Source: Bacteroidales bacterium (GTDB lineage: Bacteria; Bacteroidota; Bacteroidia; Bacteroidales; WCHB1-69). From it: a stretch of 60,770 bases of DNA. This document shows, piece after piece, positions 38,415 to 49,002 of this stretch (positions are counted from its first letter, which is position 1; each line of letters starts with the position of its first letter). Location: positions 1 through 60,770 of the forward strand of contig JBBQWB010000006.1 in NCBI GenBank assembly GCA_038210985.1, written 5' to 3'. The notes beneath the pieces are model-generated. The model did not search any database and was not told where the DNA came from. It saw only the letters and a list, made by a program, of their open reading frames with translations. The translations under genes and the position numbers were made by a program.

Positions 38415-38813
38415 TTAGCTAACATAACATATTACTTCACCGCCAACATTAATTTGGCGAGCTTCTTTATCAGTCATAATGCCTTTTGATGTAGAAATTA
38501 TAGCAATTCCTAAACCGTTTAAAACGCGAGGCAATTCTTTGGCGTTGGTATATTTTCTTAACCCAGCTTTACTGATTCTTGTAATCTCAGATATCGCCGA
38601 CATTTTGCTTGCAGGATGATACTTGAGTGCTATTTTAATAGTTGGGGGAAATTGGCTATCTTCAAATTTATAATTGAGGATATATCCTTTTTGGAACAAT
38701 ATTTTTGTAATTTCCTTTTTCATATTTGAAGAAGGAACTTCAACCATTTTATGATTCGCTAATACGGCGTTTCTGATTCTGGTTAAATAGTCTGCTATCG
38801 GATCGGTATGCAT
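38415..38813 (-). CDS. rpsH: 30S ribosomal protein S8
   Basis: [21 protein letters not shown]. Confidence 0.98.
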   Translation of the reverse strand: MHTDPIADYLTRIRNAVLANHKMVEVPSSNMKKEITKILFQKGYILNYKFEDSQFPPTIKIALKYHPASKMSAISEITRISKAGLRKYTNAKELPRVLNGLGIAIISTSKGIMTDKEARQINVGGEVICYVS

Positions 38814-38834
38814 TTTATTTCTATTTTTATTTAA

Positions 38835-39104
38835 TTACCAACTTGATTTTTTTATACCAGGTATTAATCCTGCGGATGCCATTTCTCGGAAATTAATACG
38901 AGAGACTCCAAACATGCGCATATACCCTTTAGGACGACCGGTTAATTTGCAACGATTATGCAAACGAATAGGATTTGAGTTTGGAGGAAGTAATTGTAAT
39001 TTATCCCATTCTCCATTTTTTTTATACTCTGCTCGTTTAGCTGCATATTTTTCAACTAGTTTAGCTCTTTTTACTTCTCTAGCTTTAATTGACTCTTTTG
39101 CCAT
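38835..39104 (-). CDS. rpsN: 30S ribosomal protein S14 (89-aa zinc-free form)
   Basis: [19 protein letters not shown]. Confidence 0.98.
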   Translation of the reverse strand: MAKESIKAREVKRAKLVEKYAAKRAEYKKNGEWDKLQLLPPNSNPIRLHNRCKLTGRPKGYMRMFGVSRINFREMASAGLIPGIKKSSW

Positions 39105-39107
39105 AAA

Positions 39108-39665
39108 TTAAATTTTTTGATTTTTAAACGGTAATCCAAAATGTTTTAATAATGCTAAGCACTCTGCATCGGTTTTGGCAGTAGTAACAAAAGTTATATC
39201 CATTCCATTTATTTTTAACACTTTGTCAATATCAATTTCGGGGAAAATAATTTGTTCGGAAATACCTAATGTATAATTTCCTCTACCGTCAAATCCTTTA
39301 TCATTAATTCCTTTAAAATCGCGAATACGAGGTACCGAAACCGAAATTAATCGATCGAGGAATTCGAACATATGATTGCCACGGAGGGTAACACGTACAC
39401 CTATTGGCATTCCTTTACGCAATTTAAAGTTTGAAATATCCTTTTTGGATTTAGTTTGTACAGCTTTTTGTCCTGAAATGATGGTCATTTCCTGAACACC
39501 TGATTCTAGGATTTTTTTATCTGCTATACCAGTACCTAAACCTTGATTAATACAAATTTTCAACAATTTAGGTACACGCATCAATGATTTAAAATTATAC
39601 TCCTCTTTAAGAGCGGGTAAAATTTCTTGATGATATTTACTTCTAAGTCTTGGGGTATATTCCAT
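39108..39665 (-). CDS. rplE: 50S ribosomal protein L5
   Basis: [25 protein letters not shown]. Confidence 0.98.
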   Translation of the reverse strand: MEYTPRLRSKYHQEILPALKEEYNFKSLMRVPKLLKICINQGLGTGIADKKILESGVQEMTIISGQKAVQTKSKKDISNFKLRKGMPIGVRVTLRGNHMFEFLDRLISVSVPRIRDFKGINDKGFDGRGNYTLGISEQIIFPEIDIDKVLKINGMDITFVTTAKTDAECLALLKHFGLPFKNQKI

Positions 39666-39991
39666 TATTTAATTTCCTCCTGCGTTTTAGATTTTTTGGA
39701 ATAACGAACTAATTTTCCTTTGCTATCTAATTTACGTCCTGTACGAGAAGCAACGCCTTTTGAATCCAAAACCATGAGGTTAGAGATATGTATAGCAGCT
39801 TCTTTTTTAACAATACCACCTTGTGGGGTTTTAGCGTTTGGTTTAGTATGTTTAGAAACTAAATTAACGCCTTCAACGATAGCACGAAGTTTACTGATTT
39901 CTACTTTAAGGACTTTTCCTTGTTGTCCTTTAGAATCACCGGCTAAAACTTTAACCGTGTCTCCTTTTTTTATATGAAGTTTAGTAGGCAT
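39665..39991 (-). CDS. rplX: 50S ribosomal protein L24
   Basis: [10 protein letters not shown] motif, EAAIHISN. Confidence 0.98.
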   Translation of the reverse strand: MPTKLHIKKGDTVKVLAGDSKGQQGKVLKVEISKLRAIVEGVNLVSKHTKPNAKTPQGGIVKKEAAIHISNLMVLDSKGVASRTGRKLDSKGKLVRYSKKSKTQEEIK

Positions 39992-40010
39992 ATATTCTAT
40001 AATTATTATA

Positions 40011-40378
40011 TTAAAGCACTTCTGGTGCTAATGAAACTATTTTCATAAACTGTTTTTCTCTTAGTTCACGAGCTACTGGTCCAAAAATACGAGTACCTCT
40101 AATTTCCTCGTTAGCAGTTAGAAGCACACAAGCGTTATCGTCGAAACGAATATAAGAACCGTCGGCACGACGAATTTCTTTTTTAGTACGAACAACAACT
40201 GCTTTAGTTACAGCACTTCTTTTAATATTACCGGAGGGAATAGCATCTTTAACAGTAACAATAATTTTGTCACCAACTGATGCATATCTTTTTTTGTACC
40301 TCCTAGAACCCGGATGCAAAGAACTTCTTTAGCACCACTATTATCGGCCACTTTTAATCTTGTCTCTTGCTGTATCAT
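40011..40378 (-). CDS. rplN: 50S ribosomal protein L14, frameshifted as written (one base short in the A7 run at 40289..40295)
   Basis: [29 protein letters not shown] from ATG 40378 joins KRYASVGD...LAPEVL only after a frame change; span 368 nt. Confidence 0.95.
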
Positions 40379-40380
40379 AA

Positions 40381-40635
40381 TTACTTAGCCTTTTCTAAAA
40401 TTTCAACTAATCTCCAGCGTTTGGTTTTACTCAACGGTCTGGTTTCCATAATTCTAACGATATCACCAATTGCACAATCGCCTTTTTCGTCGTGTGCGGC
40501 ATATTTTGTAGATTTCTTTAAAAACTTTCCATATTTTGGATGTTTCAATTTCCTTTCTACTCTAACTAAGATAGTTTTTTGCATTTTATTGCTAACAACT
40601 ATTCCATCTCTAACTTTTCTTAAATTACGTTCCAT
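40381..40635 (-). CDS. rpsQ: 30S ribosomal protein S17
   Basis: [22 protein letters not shown]. Confidence 0.98.
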   Translation of the reverse strand: MERNLRKVRDGIVVSNKMQKTILVRVERKLKHPKYGKFLKKSTKYAAHDEKGDCAIGDIVRIMETRPLSKTKRWRLVEILEKAK

Positions 40636-40653
40636 ATAGGTTACTTGTTTTTT

Positions 40654-40863
40654 TTATTCTGCCTTTTTAGAATCGTTTAATTCGCGTTTACGAATTTCCG
40701 TTTTAATTCGGGCAACTGTTTTACGATATTCCTGTATTTTACAAGGATTTTCTAATGGAGAAACAGCGTGATTGATTTTCAATTTCACGAGTTGTTTCTT
40801 TTCTTCATCAAGCCTCTCAATAAGTTCGGCATTTGAAAGTTCACTAATTACACTTTGCTTCAT
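40654..40863 (-). CDS. rpmC: 50S ribosomal protein L29
   Basis: LENP..I...RKTVARIKT; position in S10 operon. Confidence 0.96.
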   Translation of the reverse strand: MKQSVISELSNAELIERLDEEKKQLVKLKINHAVSPLENPCKIQEYRKTVARIKTEIRKRELNDSKKAE

Positions 40864-40869
40864 TGTTTA

Positions 40870-41298
40870 CTACATTAATTCTTCTTGGAAATCTCTTCTA
40901 ACAATAAATTTGGTCATAATGGGAAGTTTTTGAGCAGCTAAGCGCAATGCTTCTTTAGCAATTTCCAAAGAAACGCCATCTGCTTCAAAAAGGATTCGAC
41001 CTGGGCTAACTCGAGCCACAAAATATTCAGGAGAACCTTTACCTTTACCCATACGTACTTCAGCTGGTTTTTTTGTTACTGGTTTATCGGGAAATATACG
41101 AATCCATATTTTTCCTTCTCTTTTCATGTAACGAGTCATTGCCTGACGAGCAGCTTCAATTTGACGACCGGTCATCCAACACTCTTCGGTGCTTTTTAGG
41201 GCAAAAGATCCAAAAGCGATTTCGCTTCCTCTTTTGGAGAAACCTTTCATTTTCCCTTTTTGATGCCTTCTAAATTTGGTCTTTTTAGGCTGTAACAT
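40870..41298 (-). CDS. rplP: 50S ribosomal protein L16
   Basis: [17 protein letters not shown]. Confidence 0.98.
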   Translation of the reverse strand: MLQPKKTKFRRHQKGKMKGFSKRGSEIAFGSFALKSTEECWMTGRQIEAARQAMTRYMKREGKIWIRIFPDKPVTKKPAEVRMGKGKGSPEYFVARVSPGRILFEADGVSLEIAKEALRLAAQKLPIMTKFIVRRDFQEELM

Positions 41299-41328
41299 TT
41301 GTTTTTATTTTTATTGTTTCTATTCGTT

Positions 41329-42051
41329 TTATTGTCTTTTTCTTCTAGCTTGTTGTTGCATTGGTTTTTTCATCGAAGAAGATTTGCTTTCTTTAGAGTC
41401 TCCAAGAATGGCAAACAAATCTGGTTTTCCATAAATTAAACCTTTACAAATCCAAACTTTTACACCTATTCTTCCATAGGTTGTATGAGCTTCTGCAGCT
41501 GCATAATCGATATCTGCACGAAGCGTATGAAGTGGAGTTCTTCCTTCTTTAAAATGTTCGTTACGAGCCATTTCGGCACCACCAATACGTCCAGAAACAG
41601 AAACCTTGATACCTTCGGCACCAATACGCATGGTTGATGCTATTGCTGTTTTAATAGCTCTTCGGTAAGAAACTCGAGCCTCAATTTGCTTAGCAACAGC
41701 TTGAGCAACTAAAACTGCGTCAAGCTCAGGGCGTTTAATTTCCGAGATATTGATTTGAATTTCTTTATTTGTAACTTTTTTTAATTCTTCTTTCAGTTTA
41801 TCTACTTCTTGACCACCTTTTCCAATGATTAAACCTGGTCGAGCGGTAAAGATCGTAACAGTAACAAGCTTTAATGTACGCTCGATATAAATTTTCGAGA
41901 TACCAGCTTTGTTTAAACGAGCTTGAAGATAAAGACGAATCTTATGATCTTCAACTAATTTGCTTTCGAAAGATTTTCCGCCGTACCAATTAGAATCCCA
42001 ACCTTTAATAATTCCTAATCTAAGGCTTATCGGATTTACTTTTTGTCCCAT
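41329..42051 (-). CDS. rpsC: 30S ribosomal protein S3
   Basis: [27 protein letters not shown]. Confidence 0.98.
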   Translation of the reverse strand: MGQKVNPISLRLGIIKGWDSNWYGGKSFESKLVEDHKIRLYLQARLNKAGISKIYIERTLKLVTVTIFTARPGLIIGKGGQEVDKLKEELKKVTNKEIQINISEIKRPELDAVLVAQAVAKQIEARVSYRRAIKTAIASTMRIGAEGIKVSVSGRIGGAEMARNEHFKEGRTPLHTLRADIDYAAAEAHTTYGRIGVKVWICKGLIYGKPDLFAILGDSKESKSSSMKKPMQQQARRKRQ

Positions 42052-42065
42052 TTAAATATTCTTTA

Positions 42066-42461
42066 TTAGTTTTTACTGTCAATAATTAATGTAATATGGT
42101 TAGAGCGTTTTCTAACTCTATAGCCTCTACCTTGAGGTGCTGTTCTGAGACGTTTTAGCATACGACCTCCGTCTACAAAAATCTCTTTTACATACAAATT
42201 ACTGTCTTCGATTCGAGCTCCTTCATTTTTTTGTTGCCAATTTGAAATTGCTGATAGCAATAATTTTTGGATTTTAACAGCTGACTCTTTATTGCTAAAC
42301 TTTAAAACATTTAGTGCTTTTTCTACGTTCATTCCTCTGATTAAATCAGCCATTAAACGAGCTTTGCGAGGAGATGTTGGATTGTCAACCAATCGAGCCA
42401 TGAAAGTACTCTTTTTGGCTTCTCTTGATTCTTCGGCTTTTATACGTTTACGTGATCCCAT
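42066..42461 (-). CDS. rplV: 50S ribosomal protein L22
   Basis: SPRKARL.ADLIRG, KRSNHIT. Confidence 0.98.
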   Translation of the reverse strand: MGSRKRIKAEESREAKKSTFMARLVDNPTSPRKARLMADLIRGMNVEKALNVLKFSNKESAVKIQKLLLSAISNWQQKNEGARIEDSNLYVKEIFVDGGRMLKRLRTAPQGRGYRVRKRSNHITLIIDSKN

Positions 42462-42478
42462 TGTTTGAATTATTTTTC

Positions 42479-42757
42479 TTATTTTTTGCCTTTATCTTTA
42501 TTACCAGCGTGGCCTCTAAATATTCGCGTTGGAGCGAATTCACCAAGCTTGTGACCTACCATATTTTCGGTAACATATACAGGGATAAATTTATTCCCGT
42601 TATGTACTGCGATTGTTAAACCTACAAATTCAGGAGTAATCATCGATGCACGTGACCATGTTTTAATAGTTCCTTTTTTTGTGGCTGTTTGTGCTTCTCC
42701 TACTCTCTTTTCGAGTTTATAATGAACGTAGGGTCCTTTTTTTAATGAGCGGCTCAT
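42479..42757 (-). CDS. rpsS: 30S ribosomal protein S19
   Basis: [22 protein letters not shown]. Confidence 0.98.
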   Translation of the reverse strand: MSRSLKKGPYVHYKLEKRVGEAQTATKKGTIKTWSRASMITPEFVGLTIAVHNGNKFIPVYVTENMVGHKLGEFAPTRIFRGHAGNKDKGKK

Positions 42758-42769
42758 AATGTTCTCCCT

Positions 42770-43600
42770 TTATCTGTTATTTTTTCTTCTTTCAATTATA
42801 TACTTGTTTGAACTTTTCTTCAAAGAACGTGTCTTGTATCCTTTTGATGGAATACCCTTACGTGAACGTGGATGTCCACCAGTTGCACGACCTTCGCCAC
42901 CACCCATTGGGTGATCTACTGGGTTCATTACAACGCCACGAACTCTAGGACGACGACCTTGCCAACGACTTCTACCAGCTTTGCCTGATACTTGAAGGTT
43001 ATGGTCGATGTTAGATGACATACCAATGGTTGCTTTGCATTCGGTTAAAATCATTCGAATTTCACCAGAAGGCAATTTAATATTTGCATATTTTCCATCG
43101 CGAGATAGCAACTGTGCGTATGTTCCAGCTCCGCGTGCTATTTTTGCACCTTGACCTGGACGAAGTTCGATGTTATGAATAATCGTTCCAAAAGGAATTT
43201 CTCCAAGAAATAATGTATTTCCTAAATCTGGAGATATACCTCTGCCTGATAATATTTCTTGTCCCACTTGTATACCGTGAGGAGCAATAACATATCTCTT
43301 TTCACCATCTTTATATACAACTAATGCAATGCGTGCAGAGCGATTTGGGTCGTATTCAACGGATTTAACTACTGCAGGTATACCGTCTTTTTCTCTTTTA
43401 AAGTCGATAATACGATACATTTTTTTATGACCACCTCCCATATATCTCATGGTCATTGTTCCCTGATTATTACGACCTCCAGATCTTTTGATTGGAGCTA
43501 ATAAACTTTTCTCAGGTTGGTTTGTCGTGATTTCTTCAAAGTTACTTACAACTTTGAATCGTTGACCGGGTGTTACTGGTTTGAATTTCTTTAAAGCCAT
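42770..43600 (-). CDS. rplB: 50S ribosomal protein L2
   Basis: [32 protein letters not shown]. Confidence 0.98.
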   Translation of the reverse strand: MALKKFKPVTPGQRFKVVSNFEEITTNQPEKSLLAPIKRSGGRNNQGTMTMRYMGGGHKKMYRIIDFKREKDGIPAVVKSVEYDPNRSARIALVVYKDGEKRYVIAPHGIQVGQEILSGRGISPDLGNTLFLGEIPFGTIIHNIELRPGQGAKIARGAGTYAQLLSRDGKYANIKLPSGEIRMILTECKATIGMSSNIDHNLQVSGKAGRSRWQGRRPRVRGVVMNPVDHPMGGGEGRATGGHPRSRKGIPSKGYKTRSLKKSSNKYIIERRKNNR

Positions 43601-43602
43601 TG

Positions 43603-43893
43603 TTAAATATTGCTATAAAAATCGATTGTTTGACCATCTTTTAATTTCACGAAAGCTTTTTTCAGTGAGCTTTTACTACCGACTATCATTCCGGTTTTAG
43701 TGTTACGGGTTGATTTTTTCCCACGTTGAATCAAGGTATTAACTGATTCTATTTTAACACTATATAGCTCTTCAATAGCTTTTCTAATTTGATACTTATT
43801 GGCCTTTCTATTCACTACAAAACCATAGCTGTTTAATTTTTCAGCATTTTGGCTTCTTTTTTCAGTGATGATTGGCTTAATTATGATATCCAT
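43603..43893 (-). CDS. rplW: 50S ribosomal protein L23
   Basis: [21 protein letters not shown]. Confidence 0.97.
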   Translation of the reverse strand: MDIIIKPIITEKRSQNAEKLNSYGFVVNRKANKYQIRKAIEELYSVKIESVNTLIQRGKKSTRNTKTGMIVGSKSSLKKAFVKLKDGQTIDFYSNI

Positions 43894-43915
43894 TATAGTT
43901 TTTTGTTAATAATTA

Positions 43916-44551
43916 CTACTCTTCAGCCTTATCTTGTTTTTGAAATTTATTAATTGAGCTTTCAAATAAAATAAGCTTTGAAGCCTGCATAATGTCGTAA
44001 GTGTTTATATCTGAAACATTTATCACTTTGCAACTCTTCAAATTTCGAGAGGACAAATATACGTTTTTATTTGAATCAGAAACAATTAATAAACTTTTTT
44101 TATCAACTAAATCAAAATTTGTGACAAAATCCTTATATGCTTTTGTGCTAGGTTGCTCAAAAGTGAAGTCTTCTACTACTAATATATCATTTGATTTTGT
44201 TTTGTAAGACAAGGCAGAAATACGAGCAAGTTGTTTAACTTTTTTATTTAGTTTAAATCCGTATATTCTTGGATGTGGTCCAAAAACTCTTGCGCCTCCA
44301 TGGAACAAAGGATTTTTAATACTACCAGCACGAGCTCCGCCCGTTCCTTTTTGTTTTTTCAACTTACGTGTACTACCCGAAAGCATCGATTTTTCTTTCG
44401 AGCTATGAGTACCTTGTCTGCGGTTTGCTAAGATGTGTTTTACATCTAACCATATTGCGTGATCGTTAGGTTCAACTGAAAACATTTCGTCGTTTAACGA
44501 TACGGTTTTGGTGGTTTCGCTTCCATCGAATTTATATACTTTTAACTCCAT
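43916..44551 (-). CDS. rplD: 50S ribosomal protein L4
   Basis: [22 protein letters not shown]. Confidence 0.98.
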   Translation of the reverse strand: MELKVYKFDGSETTKTVSLNDEMFSVEPNDHAIWLDVKHILANRRQGTHSSKEKSMLSGSTRKLKKQKGTGGARAGSIKNPLFHGGARVFGPHPRIYGFKLNKKVKQLARISALSYKTKSNDILVVEDFTFEQPSTKAYKDFVTNFDLVDKKSLLIVSDSNKNVYLSSRNLKSCKVINVSDINTYDIMQASKLILFESSINKFQKQDKAEE

Positions 44552-45171
44552 CTTTCAATTTTTAAGTATGAACCGTTTGATCCTGGAACAGAACCTTTAA
44601 CAACTATAATATTTTTCTCAGGAATAATTTTTAAAACTTGAAGATTTATCATCTTAACTTTTCTATTTCCTGTTTGACCTGCCATACGCATCCCTTTAAA
44701 AACTCGGGAAGGATAGGAAGATGCTCCTACTGAACCAGGTGCTCTTAAACGATCGTGCTGACCGTGAGTAGCATCCCCAACACCTCTAAATCCATGACGT
44801 TTAACAACGCCCTGAAAACCTTTTCCTTTTGAAGTACCTGAAACATCAATATATTCGCCTTCGCTAAATATTGTTACATCTAAAGTTTCTCCAAAATTTT
44901 TACGATGTTCAGCTTCAAAACGAGTAAACTCCATCATTATTCTTTTAGGAGTTGTGCCTGCTTTTTTGAAATGTCCTTTCAAAGGATTGGTAGTGTTTTT
45001 TTCTTTTTTCTCATCGTAAGCAAGCTGAATTGCTTCATACTTGTCAACCTCGATGGTTCTTACCTGTGTAACTACACAGGGACCAGCTTCAATAACAGTG
45101 CATGGTAAATTTTTACCAGAGGCATCATAAATACTGGTCATTCCGATTTTTTTTCCAATTAGTCCTGACAT
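44542..45171 (-). CDS. rplC: 50S ribosomal protein L3
   Basis: [28 protein letters not shown]. Confidence 0.98.
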   Translation of the reverse strand: MSGLIGKKIGMTSIYDASGKNLPCTVIEAGPCVVTQVRTIEVDKYEAIQLAYDEKKEKNTTNPLKGHFKKAGTTPKRIMMEFTRFEAEHRKNFGETLDVTIFSEGEYIDVSGTSKGKGFQGVVKRHGFRGVGDATHGQHDRLRAPGSVGASSYPSRVFKGMRMAGQTGNRKVKMINLQVLKIIPEKNIIVVKGSVPGSNGSYLKIERWS

Positions 45172-45210
45172 TACTTTTTTTTGTTTACTAATTTAACTTA
45201 GATACTTGCT

Positions 45211-45516
45211 TCACACTTTAATTTCTACTTCTACGCCACTTGGTAATTCAAGTTTCATCAGAGCATCAATTGTTTTTGGTGTTGAACTATAAATATCAAG
45301 GATACGTTTGTACGATGAAAGTTCAAATTGCTCTCTGGATTTCTTGTTTACGAATGTTGCACGGTTAACCGTAAAAATCTTTTTGTTCGTTGGCAGCGGT
45401 ATCGGACCACTAACTATTGCACCAGCAGCTTTAACAGTCTTAACTATTTTTTCTGCTGATTTGTCGACCAAACTATGGTCGTACGATTTTAATTTAATTC
45501 TTATTCTCTGGTTCAC
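45211..45516 (-). CDS. rpsJ: 30S ribosomal protein S10
   Basis: [22 protein letters not shown]; GTG start. Confidence 0.98.
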   Translation of the reverse strand: MNQRIRIKLKSYDHSLVDKSAEKIVKTVKAAGAIVSGPIPLPTNKKIFTVNRATFVNKKSREQFELSSYKRILDIYSSTPKTIDALMKLELPSGVEVEIKV

Positions 45517-45535
45517 AGTTTAATATTTATTTGGT

Positions 45536-47635
45536 TTACGATAGTAAATATTTTCCTTTAAAAAGTATAGTTTCACTAATAGATTCGGGTACAATTGAAT
45601 AGTGCGAGAACTCCATAGTAGATGTTGCTCGTCCTGATGATAATGATCGTAAAGTGGTTACGTATCCAAACATTTCAGACAAGGGAACTTTGGCTTTAAT
45701 TATTTGTCCATTTAAATTGGAGTCAATTGCCATAATAACAGCTCTTCTTCGATTTAAATCGCCACTAACATTACCAATAAATTCAGCGGGAGAAAGTATT
45801 TCCACCGACATAATAGGTTCGAGAAATACACTTTTTGCTTTTTTACAAGCATTTTTAAATGCAATGCTTGCACAAATCTCAAAAGATAACGAGTCAGAAT
45901 CCACAGGATGGAATGTTCCGTCGAGTAAAGTTACTTTTAAACCTTCTAAAGGATAACCTGCCAAAACACCATTTCTCATAGCATTTGAAAATCCTTTTTG
46001 AACAGCGTTAATGTATTCTTTAGTAAGAGATCCTCCTTTGATATTATCGGCAAATATTAGACCTTTTACGTTGCTATCAACTGGTGAAATATCAAATGTA
46101 ATATCTGCAAATTTTCCTCTACCGCCCGATTGTTTTTTATATACTTCACGATGGCGAACTATCTCGGTAATTGCCTCTTTATATGCAACTTGAGGTTTAC
46201 CATGATTACATTCAACTTTAAATTCACGTTTTAGGCGATCCAATAAAATTTCTAAATGCAATTCGCCCATACCTTGAATTACGGTTTGACCGATTTCTTC
46301 ATCTACTTTAACAATAAATGTAGGATCTTCTTCAGCTAATTTATTTAATGCCAACGAAAGTTTGTCGATATCTTCCTGAGTTTTGGGTTCAACTGCAACT
46401 GCAATAACAGGTTCAGGAAACACAATATTTTCAAGAATTATCGGATGATTTTCATCGCATAGAGTATCTCCCGTTCTGATATCCTTAAAACCAACAGCAA
46501 CAGCAATGTCGCCAGCTTCAATTACATCAATTGGATTTTGTTTATTAGCATGCATTCTTAACAAGCGTGCTAAACGTTCGCGTTTTTTTGAACCTGTGTT
46601 GTAAACAACTTTGCCAGATTCTAAGCGTCCCGAATAAACTCTAAAAAAAGCAATTCTACCTACATAAGGATCCGTAGCAATTTTAAATGCTAAAGCTGCA
46701 AATGGTTCGTTTATATCTGGCTTACGAATTTCGGGGGTTTCTGTTTTAGGATTAATTCCAGTAACTGGTTCCACATCCATAGGACTAGGAAGAAACTGAA
46801 TAACTCCGTCGAGTAAACGCTGAACACCCTTATTTTTAAAAGAAGCACCACAAAAAACTGGGCATATTTTTAAGGATAAGGTTGCTTGACGAATGGCTTC
46901 AATAATTTCTATTTCTGTAACAGAATTAGGATCGTCGAAGTATTTTACAAGAATTTCTTCATTTTGTTCAGCAGCTGCTTCGAGTAATAAATTACGATAT
47001 TCGGCTACTTGCTCTACCATGTCTTCGGGAATTTCAACTTCACCAAAAACAACTCCTAAAGAAGTTTCATCCCAAACGAATGCTTTATTTTTGATTAAAT
47101 CTACGATTCCAATAAAATCATCTTCCGAACCAATTGGTATTTGCAAAGGAATAGGAGTTGCATTAAGACGTGTTTCGATTTGGTCGAGAACACGGAAAAA
47201 ATTAGCACCTGCCCTATCCATTTTATTTACAAAACAGATTCGAGGAACTTTATATTTATTGGCTTGTTTCCAAACAGTTTCGGATTGTGGTTCAACACCA
47301 CCAACTGCACAAAAAAGAGCAACAGCACCGTCTAATACTCGGAGCGAACGTTCAACTTCCACTGTAAAATCAACGTGTCCAGGGGTATCAATAATGTTGA
47401 TTTTATATGGTTGTTCGTCTAATTCCCAATATACGGTAGTAGCAGCAGAAGTGATTGTTATTCCTCGTTCCTGTTCTTGTACCATCCAATCCATTGTAGC
47501 TGTTCCTTCGTGAACTTCGCCTAATTTATAACTTTTACCTGTATAATACAGAATACGCTCGGTAGTAGTAGTCTTACCGGCGTCGATATGAGCCATAATC
47601 CCAATATTTCTGGTATATTTAATATCTTCGCTCAT
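45536..47635 (-). CDS. fusA: elongation factor G (str-operon copy)
   Basis: [41 protein letters not shown]. Confidence 0.97.
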   Translation of the reverse strand: MSEDIKYTRNIGIMAHIDAGKTTTTERILYYTGKSYKLGEVHEGTATMDWMVQEQERGITITSAATTVYWELDEQPYKINIIDTPGHVDFTVEVERSLRVLDGAVALFCAVGGVEPQSETVWKQANKYKVPRICFVNKMDRAGANFFRVLDQIETRLNATPIPLQIPIGSEDDFIGIVDLIKNKAFVWDETSLGVVFGEVEIPEDMVEQVAEYRNLLLEAAAEQNEEILVKYFDDPNSVTEIEIIEAIRQATLSLKICPVFCGASFKNKGVQRLLDGVIQFLPSPMDVEPVTGINPKTETPEIRKPDINEPFAALAFKIATDPYVGRIAFFRVYSGRLESGKVVYNTGSKKRERLARLLRMHANKQNPIDVIEAGDIAVAVGFKDIRTGDTLCDENHPIILENIVFPEPVIAVAVEPKTQEDIDKLSLALNKLAEEDPTFIVKVDEEIGQTVIQGMGELHLEILLDRLKREFKVECNHGKPQVAYKEAITEIVRHREVYKKQSGGRGKFADITFDISPVDSNVKGLIFADNIKGGSLTKEYINAVQKGFSNAMRNGVLAGYPLEGLKVTLLDGTFHPVDSDSLSFEICASIAFKNACKKAKSVFLEPIMSVEILSPAEFIGNVSGDLNRRRAVIMAIDSNLNGQIIKAKVPLSEMFGYVTTLRSLSSGRATSTMEFSHYSIVPESISETILFKGKYLLS

Positions 47636-47672
47636 TAATTTTACTTTCTGTATTACTTGTTTTAGTTATTAT

Positions 47673-48140
47673 TTAGAATCTGAAGTGAGAGAACGCTTTG
47701 TTGGCATCAGCCATACGGTGCATATCTTCTTTACGTTTGTATGCAGCACCTTCTTCTTTATATGCTGCGATGATTTCGGAAGCAAGCTTCATCGACATCG
47801 ATTTTTCGTGGCGTTTGCGTGCATAAAGAATAAGGTTTTTCATTCCGATAGATTGTTTTCTATCAGGACGAATTTCGGATGGAATTTGGAAAGTAGCACC
47901 ACCTATACGGCGACTACGAACTTCCACTGAAGGAGTTACATTAGCAAGTCCTTTTCTCCATATTTCAAGACCATCTTCCTTAGTTTTTTCACTTACGACA
48001 TCAATTGCATCATAAAAAATTTTGAATGCAGTATTCTTCTTGCCTTGTAACATAATGTTGTTTACAAATTTTGTGACAACAGTATCGCTGAATCTTGGAT
48101 CAGGAAGAATAATTCGTTTTTTTGGTTTTGATTTTCTCAT
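47673..48140 (-). CDS. rpsG: 30S ribosomal protein S7
   Basis: [19 protein letters not shown]. Confidence 0.98.
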   Translation of the reverse strand: MRKSKPKKRIILPDPRFSDTVVTKFVNNIMLQGKKNTAFKIFYDAIDVVSEKTKEDGLEIWRKGLANVTPSVEVRSRRIGGATFQIPSEIRPDRKQSIGMKNLILYARKRHEKSMSMKLASEIIAAYKEEGAAYKRKEDMHRMADANKAFSHFRF

Positions 48141-48152
48141 AGTTGAACTATA

Positions 48153-48530
48153 TTATTTTTTCTTAGGACGTTTAGTTCCATATTTAGATCTTCTTTGATT
48201 ACGACCATCTACTCCGGAAGTATCTAAAGCTCCTCTAATAATATGATAACGAACACCTGGTAAATCTTTTACACGACCGCCACGTATCATTACAATACTG
48301 TGTTCCTGCAAATTATGTCCTTCTCCAGGGATATAGGCGTTCACTTCCATTTGATTGGTTAAACGCACTCTCGCTACTTTTCGCATAGCTGAGTTTGGCT
48401 TCTTTGGTGTAGTGGTGTAAACCCTTACACATACACCTCGCCTTTGTGGGCATCCGGTTAAAGCGGGCGACTTGCTCTTATAAGTAACCTTTTTCCGGCC
48501 TTTTCTTACTAACTGTTGTATTGTTGGCAT
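48153..48530 (-). CDS. rpsL: 30S ribosomal protein S12
   Basis: [17 protein letters not shown]. Confidence 0.98.
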   Translation of the reverse strand: MPTIQQLVRKGRKKVTYKSKSPALTGCPQRRGVCVRVYTTTPKKPNSAMRKVARVRLTNQMEVNAYIPGEGHNLQEHSIVMIRGGRVKDLPGVRYHIIRGALDTSGVDGRNQRRSKYGTKRPKKK

Positions 48531-48588
48531 ACTAGTTTATAAATTGATTTTCAGTACAATAAATAATACCCCCAATTATTTGGGACTG

Positions 48589-48619
48589 CAAAGGTAAAAC
48601 TTTTTTTTTATTAATCAAG
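48589..48619 (-). promoter_or_regulatory. promoter of the str/S10/spc superoperon
   Basis: CTTG, 19 nt, TACCTTTG (48596..48589), followed by the hairpin cccaa-ataa-ttggg. Confidence 0.75.
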
Positions 48620-48973
48620 TACTTACACCTTTTTATTTTGAATTTTGCTTATTTTTTTTATTTGTATCCAATATTCAACAAAAAAATTACGATAATTATT
48701 ATAATATATAATGGTATATAAAAATCAATTTTTACTTGTAATTTTATTTGCAAAAAATTAAAATTTACATGTAAAAATGCAATTAAACCAAAAAAATATC
48801 AATTATTTAATCACATGCTTGATTTAGCTATGTATTAAATAAATTCTCTAAAATTTCAATTAAAACGCTATCATTCAGTCATTTAATATTAATTTTTTGT
48901 ATTTTGTTGTATGTATGTCTTATTATTTTTAATAAAATGAAGTTTAATAGACATTTGATTTTTGTAGTTTGAT

Positions 48974-48981
48974 TATCTTTG
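48974..48981 (+). promoter_or_regulatory. -7 promoter element for pcrA
   Basis: TATCTTTG 21 nt before ATG 49003; it overlaps the track start, supporting the later ATG. Confidence 0.65.
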
Positions 48982-49002
48982 TGGCAATTAATAAACAACT
49001 TA

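Noticed and set aside
33696-39104. Zinc-free L36 and S14 in the main operon as a zinc-starvation novelty
   Set aside because: Usual state in Bacteroidota
40011-40319. L14 with a novel N-terminus (MHPGSRRY) as given in the ORF track
   Set aside because: Artefact of the frameshift; the canonical N-terminus starts at 40378 in another frame
46893-47513. 206-aa + strand ORF and the many other antisense ORFs in the track (e.g. 2233..2541, 26022..26462, 45654..45956)
   Set aside because: Shadow frames opposite well-supported conserved genes
45211-47635. tuf missing between fusA and rpsJ
   Set aside because: Normal gene order for Bacteroidota
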